This document shows positions 1-16,800 of a stretch of 64,000 nucleotides of DNA, in pieces (the first letter of the stretch is position 1; each line of letters starts with the position of its first letter). Location of the stretch: assembly GCA_002189035.1 (NCBI GenBank), contig CM007992.1, positions 1,054,001 to 1,118,000 on the forward strand, read 5' to 3'. The notes under the pieces were generated by a model, which was given only the letters and a program-made list of their open reading frames with translations, did no database searches and had not been told where the DNA came from. The translations under genes and the position numbers were made by a program. The DNA comes from Utricularia gibba. Its lineage: Eukaryota > Plantae > Magnoliophyta.

Positions 1-1985
1 AGAGACCTGGAGAGCCAGATTGTCCAGTAAGTTGAATCCAAATGCTTTTTGTGAACGTTTCTAGGAGCCAATATCAAAATATGTTTTATTTTCTTGATTG
101 CAGTACTTTCTAAATACCAAAAGATGCAAGTTCGGTAGCAGGTGCAAATTCAATCATCCTAAGGATTTAGGTGTGCTGCAGGTGAGACTTTGGGATGACA
201 ATCTCGCATCCCTAAACTATCAATGTTTCACTGGATGATGTGATCCAGTCCTGAAGGCTTATGATTTACTTTCAGGGAGGCCTTGAGGATTGTCCTTCCT
301 CTTTCTTGCCTGAGAGACCAACTGAACCTCAATGTGCTGTAAGATTCTTTCCAAAAAGATCTCATTTCAACCTGAAATGAATGATTAAGTAGGGTGTGTG
401 CAATCAGTTCTATATGAAGACTGGGAGTTGTAAATTTGGTGCCACTTGCAAATTTGACCATCCTAAATGCGTGCAACCACAATCGGATGGAGATGAAAGC
501 GGCACACTCGGGCATTACAAAGTACCTGGAAATACAAAGCCAATTGATCTGTCTGTTTCCCCAGCATTGACTTATAACTCAAAGGGTTTTCCAATCCGAT
601 TGGTAGGTGTCAATGGTTGGAAAAGTGCTATGTGAGGATTTGAACTTTTGTTCCTTGATATTTCTGATCCCTACTTTCTTGCTTCTGTTGCTCAGGGAGA
701 AGAAGATTGCCCTTTCTACTTAAAAACTGGCAGGTTTGGTTATCCCCACTATCTTATAATAGTTGTTCCCAAATTCATGATGCACGTATACCTACTAAAG
801 TAATTGCTTCCTAATATGTTTTTCTACTAAATCAGTTGCAAGTTTGGGGCTACTTGCCGCTTTAACCATCCAGACAGATATGGTATGTAGGCTGACCGTC
901 TATACTTTTTTTATGTTCTTTTCCAGTCTGTCATTATTTTCACCAACCATCAATCTACGTGCATCAGCTCTCACACCTGGTCATCTAACTTCACCCTCAA
1001 CGAATTTTAGTATCAATGTTCCAACTGCTTCCTTGTTGTCAAATTTTGATCCCAGGCTGACACAGGCATCGACAAAGTTGGTACTTTTTTCCGTTTCTTA
1101 TCCATACGTTTGGTAGCTAGCTGATCCTCAACTCCCTTCACATGCCACTGAAGGGATTTTTTCTTTAAAGTGCTTATGGTTTCAGTTTTATTATCAATGT
1201 TTGTTTATGCTTGTCTTTTTTAATCTAATTTTTTTTTATTGTAAAAATGGTAGCACCATCTAGGGCCATTTGTTGCATTTATGCAGCGTTATTTTTATGT
1301 GACAAGATTTTTAGAATGATTTCCACTGCATATAATGCTGAGTATCTTTTTTCTTCTTAATCTTTTACAGCTTGGGTTGGTGCCTACGATTTATCCTCAG
1401 CGTCCTGGACAAACTGAATGTGATGTATGTACATTTACACCCTGGACCCCCTTCGATCCTCATTTTTCAGTAGTAAATCTGCTAAAGATAGAGTTTTGCT
1501 ATGCGTGTTCTCAGCCTTGAAACATCTGTTTCCGGCAATTTTACATATTTATGTACTTCCTTGATTTTGGAGTTCTTCACCCATGCGTTTCTTTTTGCAG
1601 TATTACATGAAAACCGGTTCATGCCGATTTGGGGGTAGCTGCAAATTTCACCACCCAATTGACCGATCTGCACGCAGTGTATCCACTACAGCACATCAAA
1701 TGGAAAACGTAAAGCTTACCCTGGCAGGACTTCCAAGACGAGAGGTAGTACTGCCTTAGCATGTGCACTATGGATGGATGCATAGCTTGCTCTACATTTT
1801 TTTGGCCTGGAAGCCAGTCTCTGTGCTCTGATCACCTTTTTATAGGATGCAATACATTGCCCGTTTTACATGAAGACGGGTACGTGCAAATACGGCGCTA
1901 CGTGCAAGTTCGATCACCCGCCCCGGGAGAGTTGGTGGCATTAGCCACATCCAAGAGCAGTGCTCGTGAAGAGATTGATGGTTGA
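1..1985 (+). CDS. HUA1: Tandem CCCH zinc-finger RNA-binding protein (HUA1-like), 3' part only; 5' end lies upstream of the window; multi-exon
   Basis: Spliced exons give successive C-x8-C-x5-C-x3-H fingers: RPGEPDCP|[28 protein letters not shown]|[31 protein letters not shown]|[23 protein letters not shown]|[30 protein letters not shown]|[29 protein letters not shown]. Stop TGA ends at 1985. Finger order and the C-terminal DHPPPGE match HUA1. Confidence 0.85.
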
Positions 1986-2957
1986 GGTGCATGAGTCCAT
2001 ATTGCGTTGTTTCATGGTTCCACAGTGTTCATTCAGGTTGCATGAATGTGTTGTGCTGTTCTGTAGTCGATTTACTTCGGGTTTCAATATCTGGTAGCTA
2101 ATCTGCATTCCATGCTGGTGGGTCGCCGGGGCGGAAAATGGGTTTTTCTGGATCATTTATGTTGGAATTTAATTTAAAAATTGGATTAAATTTGTTGGAA
2201 AATCACCTAATTTTGGTAATTTTAAAATATTGAATTATTTAAATAATTATATTATTTATTTTAAAACTAGTTTATAAATGTATTTATATTATAATATTAA
2301 ATTATATATTAATTTAATTATTAAAATTTATAATATATATTTTATTTTATTAAATTTTACAATATAATTTTATATTATCTCATAAATAATTTTATAATTT
2401 AAAATTTATTTTATTTATATATTCTTAAAATTAATCATATTTTTTATATAATATAAAACAGAGCTTCAAATTATAAAACATAGAAAAAAAATGAAGTTTT
2501 ACTAAAATTTAAATTAGTAATAATTGGTAAATAAAATTGATAAAATAAATTGGTTGATTCATGAATTTTCATTTTTTTTGAGGGCATTCTAATTCTTTTT
2601 TTCATTGAAATGAGATCTTCAATGTATTTTAAGGTTTAATTTGGAATATCTCATGCTCTAGAGAATTTTTATAAAATAAATTTTATTATAAAAAATGAGT
2701 AATTCCTATATCAAAAAATAAAAAATTTATTATTTTAAAAAAATTGTAAAATTTCAATTTCTAATTTTTTTATGAGTATTATTTAATTTAATTTTTGATA
2801 AAAATTATACTAAAGAAAACCTAATATGTGGTAGTTGTTTTTTGGGTGAGGGTAGTTTACATATATAGTAACCAAATTTTTACACAACCAAGATAACCGT
2901 TTTCGTTTAGCTCTTTCCTCGTCGGACCCAATCACATTTAGCTCATGTGTGGCGAAA

Positions 2958-5900
2958 ATGCTCTCTTCGTGGTCTAGAATGATCGGCGTGGAGTCTCCGC
3001 TCCATCTTCCGCCAGCCTCTCGGAGCTCCTTAAGCCTGCACGGTGGCGGACGTGGCTGCAAGATGAGGCACAGAAAGGCGAACCATGCCACCATGCTAAG
3101 GAAGCAGCAGGAGCTTTCCGGATTGTTTGGAGGGGATTCTTCCGGCCGGAGGTCCATTTGTGTGCGTTCCAGCGATTCCTCGGTTTCGTCGTCTCCTGTG
3201 ACACAGCCGGATGAGGTGAACGAGTTAGACAGCTTCTTATTGAGTAGTTGTCAATTCCGATTGTACTTGAAGTATTTATTATGTTATTTAGGATAACGCG
3301 GGAAGGAAGGTTCCTGATGTGCAAAGTCTGGTGAAGCGGCTTTGGAAAGTGGCAGCTCCTTATTGGTTTTCGGATGATAAAGTGCAAGCTCGTTGGCGGC
3401 TTGCTGCTGTTTTCGCTCTAACTTTGGGGACAACTGGAATTAGTGTTGGCTTCAATTTTTTGGGCCGCGACTTTTATAACGCCCTTGCCAGTACGATTTC
3501 TTTTCCCCAATCTTGAATAGCTTTGTTTTTGGTTCTGAATTTTTCATTTTTCTTGAGGAAGCCAATTAGCTGATTCTGTTTTGGTTTATGAAAGACAAGG
3601 ACCAGGAGCAGTTCAGTAAGCAGTTGCTGTACTATCTAGGTGCTTTTGCTGGTGGAATTCCGGTGAGCATATTGCTCCGTTTTTTTAGGTACATATGAAA
3701 AATCCTTCGTCATTCTTTTTGCTGTTTTTACGATCAATACGTATTTGGGTGCTTAATGTTATGAGATCTTTAAGTTCATACGTCTGCTACTCATTTCTTT
3801 TTTCTTGGGTCGTCCGCATTGGGAAAAGTTTTATAATCATGCCTTCCGTGTTTGAAAACTTTTTCCATATGGCTTTAAGTGGGTAAAGGATAGCGGTTTT
3901 TGTTTGTATTTTTTGGAAAAAAATATACTTGGTTCTGGCAATTTTCCAAACAAGGAATCTAAAATTTTATTAAACTAGCAGTTGGAGTCCTTACAATGTT
4001 TTTATCTTCTATCCTTGTTGTCTGGTATCAGCGGTTGACGGATCTGTGTTTTTCAGGTATTTGTTTTGAGGGATTATGCAAAAGATACTTTATCTTTAAG
4101 ATGGAGGTCTTGGATGACAAGCTTCTACCTGGATCGCTATCTAAAGAATCGAACATTTTACAAAATTCAATCTCAGTCAATAATTGACAATCCTGATCAG
4201 AGAATTGTTGATGATTTAAGTTCTTTCACTGGGACAGCGCTGGCATTTTCTTTGACTCTCTTTAACGCTACGGTGGATTTGATATCTTTTAGTAATATTT
4301 TATATGGTATTTATCCTCCTCTGTTCCTCGTACTTCTTGGTTACTCACTGGGTGGAACAGCTATCAGTGTGTTCCTTGGAAAGGTATTTTTTTGTCATCT
4401 CATGATACGTTCGAATTTACCATCTCTCTTTTCCTCAATTGTAACACGAACTGCGCCTTGGTTCGTCTTAGGGACTGGTGAATCTGAACTTTTTGCAAGA
4501 GAAAAAAGAAGCAGATTTTCGTTATGGACTTGTTCGCATTCGAGAGAATGCAGAGTCCATTGCATTTTACGGTGGGGAGGGAAATGAGACACAGTTATTA
4601 ATGCAGCGGTTCAGAAGTGCCTTCGATAATCTTAGTGTATGTGAAATCTCTAGGACTCCACTCTTTCAAAATTTATGATCTGCATTAGCAATCCCTTTGT
4701 TATGCTTCTCATAAAGATTTTCATTTTTTTTTCATTCCTAAGCAAGCAATATATTTTATGATTTGCATTCTGGATTTTAAGGGTACCTTATTATGCTCAT
4801 ATTTCACTGCAGAAACTGTTGATATCTTCCCGGAATCTGGACTTCTTCACCAATGGCTATCGATATCTTATCCAGATTCTTCCTGCAGCCGTTGTTGCAC
4901 CCATGTATTTCTCAGGAAAAATAGAGTTTGGTGTCATAAATCAGTCCGTCTCGGCTTTCAACCACATACTTGGTGATTTTTCTCTCATTGTCTATCAATT
5001 TCAGGCAATCAGTGCGTTCTCTGCTGTCATAGATCGACTAGGTATGCCTTCTTCCTGATGTACAATGTCCTAAAACTATTTTATCTTCCTCGAGTTTTAT
5101 AGTGATCAAAACTTCAATATATTGTCTACATTAGGTGAATTTGATGATCTTCTAGACTCAAATGAACCCGATACTGACTCCAAAGCGGTAGAAATTTCTC
5201 GGTCATATGCTGATACAAGCAATCCTCTCTCTCCTAATGGGTCTCTACCCCTTGGAGGCAGTTCGAGGTTGTTGCTATCTATCAAGCACTTAACTCTTTT
5301 GACCCCAAGCAGAGCCACCCTTATCAGGGACTTGTCATTTGATGTTTGTGAAAAGGAGCATCTTCTGGTCAGTATTTCTCCTAGATTTCTGTTCAAACAA
5401 AAACTGTTCTGCTGATTTTCCCGGCCCATCAACAGATTTCAGGACCCAGTGGGAGCGGCAAAACATCATTATTAAGGGCAGTGGCAGGTCTTTGGAGCTA
5501 TGGAACGGGCACAATCACATTCTACGACAAGTCTCATTTTGGTTCCATGAACCAAGAGGGAATAGAGACACAAAGAGTATTCTTCCTCCCACAAAGGCCT
5601 TATATGGTCCTAGGAACACTACGACAGCAGCTGCTCTACCCTTGTTGGAATGAACATTCAGCAACTCCCTCGGACACCGATAAACCTGTTGAAATGAACG
5701 GTATTTCACCTTTACCAGGCCAAGTTCTGCATTAGGCCAGCTCCTTACTGATCTTTTTTCCAGGTTCCTTGTCTTTCTTGACCCCTGCAAAGAACGTCGA
5801 TGAAGAAACAACCAAGCCCAGCACAGATGATCTAACTCAAGCACTTGAAAACGTTCGACTCGGCTACATATTGTCCCGTTTCGACCTCGACTCCACACAG

Positions 5901-6286
5901 GAATGGTCCAGTGTTCTTTCCATTGGTGAGCAGCAACGCCTGGCGTTTGCACGACTCCTTCTCGCAAAACCCAAGTTGGTCCTACTGGATGAGTCCACCA
6001 GCGCCCTGGATGAACCCAACGAGGTATTATCCACTTCCGTACAATCAACATTCCAATCTTCACACACTGTGCTGATTTTGATTCTCCGATCATTCATCAG
6101 GCGCATCTGTACCGCCTCCTCGACGACTCCGGCATCACGTACATAAGCATCGGCCACCGTCGAAGCCTTTTCGAACACCACAGAAATGTTGTGTACATAT
6201 CACCATTAGAAACATCCAGCACTCACCTCAACTGGAGCTTTGAACCTCTAGACAAGGACTCTGCTCCCTCCCCATCTTCATACTGA
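2958..6286 (+). CDS. ABCD2: ABC transporter D family member 2, chloroplastic (10 exons; start ATG 2958 or 2979 uncertain)
   Basis: Ser/Arg-rich transit peptide, then [50 protein letters not shown]-type motif [27 protein letters not shown], Walker [13 protein letters not shown], signature [16 protein letters not shown], Walker [12 protein letters not shown] and ISIGHR. All junctions are GT-AG and in frame; stop TGA at 6284-6286. Confidence 0.93.
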
Positions 6287-6896
6287 ATGAGGTAACCGAT
6301 GCCCTCATTCTTCAGGTTCAAACATCATGTATCGCTGGTTTTACTTAGTGCAGAAGCGAATCATTTTTTTTCCTTATCCGTACAACCAAGTGGTTGTGTT
6401 TTGTCTGTGTATGGTGGTTGTGTCAAGAAAACTTAAAAAGTCACCGAAGAGATATTTAGTAATATAGTATATTTTAATTATTTACGATTAAAAAATATGT
6501 ATTACATAGTTAAAATTAAAAATTTGATACTTATTTTGTTAGATGATATTCGTTTCTTATATCTAATATTTAAGATGCGTTTGATTGTTTGATACAAAGT
6601 GAGTATAAGTAACTATTTATTTGATATCTTATTGAATGTTTAACTATTTTATAGATCAAAACCTACATATAATATTTTATAAATCTAATTTGTAGGTATT
6701 TTTTAAATCTACTAATAAAAGATCTCACGAGGAACGGTGTGGGCAAAAAGGGGAATGCGTTGTTTGCCAAGCAACCGCGTGTTTATTCGAAGCATAAGTG
6801 ATGCCCATTTGAAGTGTTAAATGGCGAGGGACACGTCGTCGCTGCCGAGGCAGGCACCGCAGGTTTCTCATCTCCGAAGGTTGCGCTGACGAAACA

Positions 6897-9597
<2,701 letters not shown>

Positions 9598-10324
9598 ACC
9601 ACTTTGCAACCACATACAAAGATGCCTTCTCCATGCTTCTGTGGTGGAGAAGGAAGAGCATTCCATGTTTGGTTGTGTTAAGGTTCAACATCTTCTAAAG
9701 GAGAAGGTTTTGTGGAGTAATTGTGATCCAGTTCAAGTTTGATCCAAAGCAGCCAACCCTTGAGGCTCACTTCCTCCCAAGCCAAGGCTATATGCTACCG
9801 TTCCATCATCATAAGCTTCTTTTGGAACATTTGTTTTGATTAGAGTTTTAAATAATTTTAAAAAATCTGAATCGTTTGTACAAACAGTTCAATGTTTGGA
9901 CGTTTGAATAGGGCTGTTCAAACTATTCAATTATGATTAAATCAATAATTAGATCGTAAATTATAATTTAATTATGTTTGAATTGTGATTAGGCCATAAA
10001 TTTTTTCTATTTCAAATTTTTATTGATGATTTAAAACGATTCAATTGTAATTTAATTACGATTTTTTAAACATTGATTTTGACAAAGTATTCATATTTCT
10101 TCTTCTAAGAAAACATTTATTTTAATAAAGGAAAACGATTAGTTTTTTTGTAGAAATTTATTTATTGATTTTATTTTTTGAAATAAAATTATTTATATTT
10201 GATTATGATAACTGTTTTTGGAATTTTTGTATTGAAATAAAATTTATTCGGTTTTAATATAGAGCAGTAATTGGATCATATTCATGTGGATGTTTGCCAA
10301 AAATCATGCACATTTAATGTGAAC

Positions 10325-10447
10325 GGCCCAAGCTTATAATCATGTTCGGAAGCCCATTTACTATGAAAGGCCCAAGACCAATACCATCTTCTTCTCAGAA
10401 AAGGCCGACTATTAACCGCGAGGGCGTGAAATCCGGCCGTCGGCCCA
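10325..10447 (+). promoter_or_regulatory. Site II (TGGGCY / RGCCCA) element cluster in the NRPA1 promoter
   Basis: GGCCCA at 10325, AGCCCA at 10351, GGCCCA at 10369 and GGCCCA at 10442, directly upstream of a pyrimidine-rich 5' leader. Site II elements are TCP-bound motifs typical of ribosome-biogenesis and proliferation genes. Confidence 0.55.
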
Positions 10448-10835
10448 GCGCAGTTGCTCTCCCGCCTTCTTCTTCTTCTTCTTCGATTATACTCCTGCAG
10501 CGGCTGGCTGTCTATCGTTGTCTTCTTCTCGCGTGTTTCATCGTTGGCGCAAGCTTCAAGGGTTCTCGAATTGCACGAGTCCTCGAACGAATTTCCAGTT
10601 TGGGCTGTACGTCAAGAGGGGCTCAGGACTTGGAGTTTGGTAAATTTATCTTTTTCTTTATGAGCTCTGATTTTTGTTATGATTTTCCGAGGATGTTCTA
10701 ATGAGCTCTAGTATGCTTCCACTGTTCTGTCTACTAATGTTGTAGGGTAAAAGGAGAATCAGATTTGTTGATATATCTGGTGATCGCGGTTCTATATACA
10801 TATATAGCTCATTAAAGAAGGCGGGAAGTGTTTCT

Positions 10836-13800
10836 ATGTTTTCTCATGCAACCATGGCCGTGGAGGCAGTACGTTTCAGTTTCATGAGCGACCAGGAAGT
10901 GAGGAAGCTCAGCGTTAAGAAGATTACAAATGTCAACTTACTGGACACATTGAATAAGCCGATTGCGGATGGACTCTACGACCCAGCTTTGGGTCCGCCT
11001 GATGACATATCCACGTAAAACTCGTGTGATTTACTGAGGCTTTATAGGATTTTAAATGCCTTTGGAGAAAGAAGAATAAGTACAACTTTTTTGATTTGGA
11101 AAATTGTTTTGCAGATGTGCATCTTGCGGGCAGCGTTCGTTTCATTGCCCTGGACACTGTGGACATATAGACCTTGTTTCAGTGGTCTATAATCCGCTTT
11201 TATTTAATATGCTGAGTAACATTTTGAACAACACATGCTTCACATGCTTTCAGTTTCGCTCATCCCGGCAGCAGGTGAGGTGGCACTAAGACCTTAGACT
11301 TGTAGTGTTATTAGTATGTGTGGTTTCATTGGCTAGTCCTACTTAATTTATTATTGTATTGGTGTACTTGACATAATGTACATGTAATGTAGGTGGATGG
11401 CTGTGTTTATTTGCTGGAACGGATTAAGAAGGGTGACATTATAGGCGCTAGAAAGTTGAGGTCACAATTATCTGGAAAGTCAATGGACGCCAATGGGCAG
11501 AATGTCGAGCCTGTGCCAGAGGATAGTGTTGGGAACCATTCGTCTAGTTCAGTAGTTCTATCAGGGACCCAAGATAAACAAGAAGGTAGTAGACAAGAAT
11601 CTTGGGATTCAATACAGCTTAGTGAAGCCACGAGTGTCATCAATGAATTCTTAAAGAGAAGGGGAAATCAGTGCAGGAACTGCGAAGCTCGCAATCCAAA
11701 ACTAACCAAGCCAACCTTTGGATGGTTGCATGTGGTATGTAGAATGGCATTCGCATGAATCTGATGGTACCTGAAAATTTTTCATCTGGCATCTGTATTA
11801 TTCGTATATTAACTGGCATGAATCATGATAGCAGCTAAATTTATCAAATAATTCCTAGCATCATAAGAATATCAACTCAACAAAAGAATTCTTTCTAAAT
11901 TCAAGAGCTTGTGTTTCTTGTTGAGCATCAAAGATATCCTCATGTGCTATCATTGACACTAGGTCTTATGTGCTCTTCACTTGAATTGTCACAAATCATA
12001 TGATAGATAAAAGCTAGATAGGTTCAATTCGGGCCTTTGATTACGTCTATGTCATGTTTTTTTCCTTACAGAAAGGGCTGCCTAATGTTATTCGATCAGA
12101 AGCTATTCGACGAAGTGGCTTAGATGTAGCACGGATTCATGAAGAGGATGAGTCTTTACCTGAGGTGGTAAATGCCGATAGTCCTAGGAAGAGGGGCTCA
12201 GGTTTGATAAATATGAATCAGGATTTGGGGGATAAAGAAAAAGCAAAATCGAGACATCTCTTGCCATCGGAGGTTGCTGCATTAGTTTTTTGTTTAACAT
12301 TCTTCACTCAGATTAAACTTACATGTGGTGAATACCATTTTTAACAGGTAAGAGAAATTATGAGGCAGTTATGGGAGAATGAACGTGATCTCTGCTCATA
12401 TATATGTGATATTCAGCAAAATAAATCTCATGTTTCAGCAAACAAAATGGGTTACTCCATTTTTTTCCTTGAGACTGTTCTAGTACCTCCAACAAAATTC
12501 CGGCCACCAGCAAGAGCGGGTGATTCTGTAAGTATTAATTCCATGATTGGAATCTTCTCAATGAAAAGAATTTAGGTAGTGAGTATTTGACTGAAATATG
12601 TTTTAAGGATATCTCTGAATTCATAATTATGCAAATGATTATTTTGGACGTTTGCATGGATATTTTTATCCGACATTCAACTGGTTTTCTTGCTTTCTAG
12701 ATGAGAAAATTTTGGGCATCATAGCTGCGTGGGTTCATGTTATTAATTTTGATGCCAGAAACAAGTGCAGTTGATGATGCTATACGGTTCATTTCAGGTG
12801 ATGGAGCATCCACACACTGTTCTCCTAGGGAAGGTGCTGGTGTCAAATGTTGCTCTTGGAAATGCCCATGTTAATAATGCAGAGCGTTCCAAAATGATTG
12901 CTCGCTGGATGGATTTGCAGCAATCTGTCAATGTGTTATTTGATAGCAAAACTGGGGCCAGTACGCAAGCTGTTTACTCCTTAACTTTTTTTGTGGCTAT
13001 TGTCTATTTATTTATGCCTTTCTTTTCACCAGATAATCTGTAGTTCACCCATTGTTGCCCATGGAGGAGTACTACAAACATCGAAGTCATTTTTTATTAG
13101 AAAAGTTCAAGCTGCATATATTTCTTCCTAGCATCAGCTTGTCCGACATTCATTGACATTTTATTAAATTTCAAAATATTCATTTTATTTTTTTGACAGC
13201 TCAAGCTCAAAAAGACGGTGCCTCTGGGATTTGCCAGTTCCTTGAAAAGAAGGAGGGCCTCTTCCGTCAAAAAATGATGGGGAAGAGGGTAAATTATGCA
13301 TGCCGGTCTGTGATATCTCCAGATCCTTATCTGGCTGTCAATGAAATTGGAATTCCTCCATACTTTGCTTTGAGATTAACTTATCCAGAGGTATTAATAT
13401 ATCAAAATGCTCTTGTATGGATGTTTGTAACTCAATTTTAGTTTGATGTAATATGACTGTGAAAGCACATGACTATATCATTAGCCTGGATTATCACAAA
13501 TACTTATTTCTCAACAAGTTTTCTTTCTGTAACCGGTTTGCTTTTGCATTGGAATCGGAGCATTGTATTTTTGCTCTAGAACTTGTAATAATTATTCGAG
13601 TTAAAGATGTTCAAATGCAGATTTATGCACAGCTTTGAATGATAGAACAATTGCTATCATTTTGATTCACTTTTTCAATTTGTTCCTTTTGCTTCTACAA
13701 TGTTGACCTTTGATGACGTCGTCTTGTTGTTGAATTACATGCAGAGGGTTACCCCTTGGAATGTTAAGAAGTTGAAGTCTGCAGTCATTAATGGCCCTGA

Positions 13801-16800
13801 GATGCACCCTGGAGCTACAACTTATGTTGATAGTGTAGCTACTGTCAAGTTGACCATGCAGAAGAAAGCCCGTATAGTAATATCCCGAAAATTGCCTTCC
13901 TCCAGGGGTGAAGCTACACAAGTAGAGAAGAATCAGCTAGATTTTGAAGGAAAAGTCGTCTATCGCCATTTGCAAGATGGTGATGTTGTGCTTGTAAATC
14001 GTCAGGTATACAATGTGATGGTATTCCTGTACTCATCTTAGGTTCACAATTGATTTTCTGAAAATGGTCATCGACGAACCCAAATACTATATGCATCCAC
14101 CTCTGTGTTTCTGTGCATGACTGTATTATTTTTTTTTCTTCCTAAAGGGGCATTCCCACCCCCATTCCTATGGCACATTGCCTCCATCCGTTGCTTTAGC
14201 TGCCTAAATTGGCAGGGCACCTTTCCGCGATTGAGAAGGAATGCATGACCCATGACCTGATTCAAACCCTGCAGCTCGTATTTTTTTTATATTTGATGCT
14301 GTAAATTTCTTAACTACGGATATCTTTTTTTGTCCCTCTGTGAGAACTAAGTTCTTAACACCAGTCAGTAAGACCTTTTAGTAACATACATAGAACGAAA
14401 ACTTGGATTGTGGTGATTCTGATGTGATTTTTTATTCACATTTGATTTAGACACTATTTGACTGGATGCATTTTCTTCCCAGCCTACCCTTCACAAGCCG
14501 AGCATAATGGCTCATGTTGTCCGTGTATTAAAAGGGGAAAGGACACTTAGAATGCATTATGCAAATTGCAGGTGAGGCATTTTTTTTTATTTATGTTCTT
14601 TATTACTGTTTCCATTTCGTTTAAATCATCCACTTAAGAGACTCTTACAGAGTAACAGCCAGTGTTATTCCCGCGGGATGGGGTGTATGTTGTGCTGATG
14701 TGGTCTTATGGTTTTGCCATCTTTTTAGTTGTAGATGTTTTCCTGCAATATTCGTATATGAAATAATTTTGTACTTGGATTATGGCATCATGCTCCAAAT
14801 TCAATCATCACTCATTAACTATTTCAAATTAATTGTTTGAATGGTGTCTTACATCTTATGCTGGCTACAGTTCATATAATGCTGATTTTGATGGTGATGA
14901 GATTAATGTTCATTTCCCCCAAGATGAACTCTCTCGAGCAGAAGCTTACAACATAGTGAATGCCAACGAACAGTACATTGTTCCCACAAGGGGTGATACC
15001 GTGAGAGGCTTGATCCAGGTTTGAATATTAGTGCTAGCAATTATTAGCTGTGCACTAAAGCCTTTTTTCCATTTTTCCTTTATATTCCGACTTTGGTTCT
15101 CTTTTCTATTCATATTTTCATGTTAAATGTGTTATATTTGCTTCACAAAAAATGCAGGATCATATAGTTGCTGCTGTGCTTCTCACCCTTAAGAGTACAT
15201 TTCTTACTCGTAGTGAGTTTAGCCAATTGCTTTATGGATCTGGCGTTTTTGCATTTGGGACTCGATCAGTTCTTGGTAGCTGTTCCAGTAAAGTATCACT
15301 CCTTGACTCAGAAGGGTTTTTAGAGTCTGTTTTACCAACAATATGGAAACCAGAGCCTCTCTGGACTGGAAAGCAGGTAAATCTTGCCTGTTCGCCAATT
15401 TCTATTATTGTTCTCGAGGGTTTCACATAATATGATCTCAAATTGGATGTATTATTTTAGGTATTAACTGCAATAATGTTATGGTAATTAGCCGTGTTTT
15501 GTTTTTATCCAGGTCATTACAGCATTGTTGAATTACATAACCCGAGGTTCCTCTCCATGTATCATAAAAAATCAGGCTAAGCTTCCAAAGAGCTACTTTT
15601 CTGATGGTTCTAATAAGCAAGACGAAGATGAAGACCAGAATGCTGAAAACAACTTGTTAGTTTGGAAAAATGAACTAGTTCGTGGTGTTATAGACAAGGC
15701 CCAGTTTGGAAAGTATGGTTTGGTGCACACTGTGCAGGAGCTCTATGGATCTAAGAGTGCTGGAATTTTGCTTTCTGCTTTAAGTCGCTTATTTACTGTC
15801 TTCTTACAGGTGCTTCTTATGTAAATTCTGTACTCCCTTTGAAATATGCTAGTGATGATTCAGTCTTGCAATTGAAACGAATTCTTTTTGTGTATCATAG
15901 ATGCATGGTTTCACATGTGGCGTTGACGACCTTATGATATTACCTCAATATGATGCACGAAGGAAGGAGAAACTTGAACAGGATGATGTTGGCGAAGAAG
16001 TACATTGTGATTTTGTTAAGTTCAAACCAGGCCAAATAGGTACCTTTTTTGCATATGCTTTGTTAAACAAGTCCCATAGCAGTATGCTTACTTTTATGGT
16101 TCTTCACTTTTGTACATAAGGTCTTGAAGAGCTCCAGTTGGAAGTTGAGAAAGTTTTATCCAGGGACAAGGAATCTGCCACTGCATTTTTGGATATGAAA
16201 ATGAAAAACAATTTAACAAGTAAACTAACCAGGGAAGGTTCCCAAGTACTGAAGCATTTACTGACTGATGGCTTGCTAAAACCATTCCCAAAGAATTGCA
16301 TCTCTGTCATGACAACAACTGGGGCAAAGGGCAGTACGGTAAGTTTAGACTCCTTAATTGCAGATATGTTAAGTTGATGCATACTACTTTTAACACCAAA
16401 TGCATGAAATTATTAGGGTTCTTTTTTTTCTTTTTTTGTTAAAAGTCACATTTTGTTTTGACACCGTATACTCTAGTCATCTTAAAACTTTTGGGATGTT
16501 CACCGTTCCTTTTGATCTCAAAGGATTCAATGTTCTGCATTGACTGTGAAATTTACTCCGTAGATCTTTTATTTCTTTACTGCCTTTGTATTTATAATTT
16601 TTTAACATGAAAAATAAAACATTGTGTATTGTAATAGGTGAACTTCCAGCAAATATCCGGCTATCTTGGTCAACAAGAGTTGGAAGGTAAACGAGTGCCA
16701 AGAATGGTGTCTGGGAAGACATTACCCTCTTTTCCTCCGTGGGATTATACATCCAGAGCTGGTGGTTTTATAACAGATAGGTTCCTTTCTGGACTACGGC

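Noticed and set aside
2160-2810. Very AT-rich spacers and scattered TIR-like fragments (also 9830-10260, 38250-38900, 46380-48250, 57470-58750, 60200-62800)
   Set aside because: Probably decayed MITE/DNA-transposon remnants, but no matching TIR pair and TSD could be delimited by eye.
14875-14915. NRPA1 catalytic loop reads [10 protein letters not shown] instead of the usual [10 protein letters not shown]
   Set aside because: All three catalytic Asp residues are intact. The M>I change is conservative and I cannot show it is unusual among related plants.
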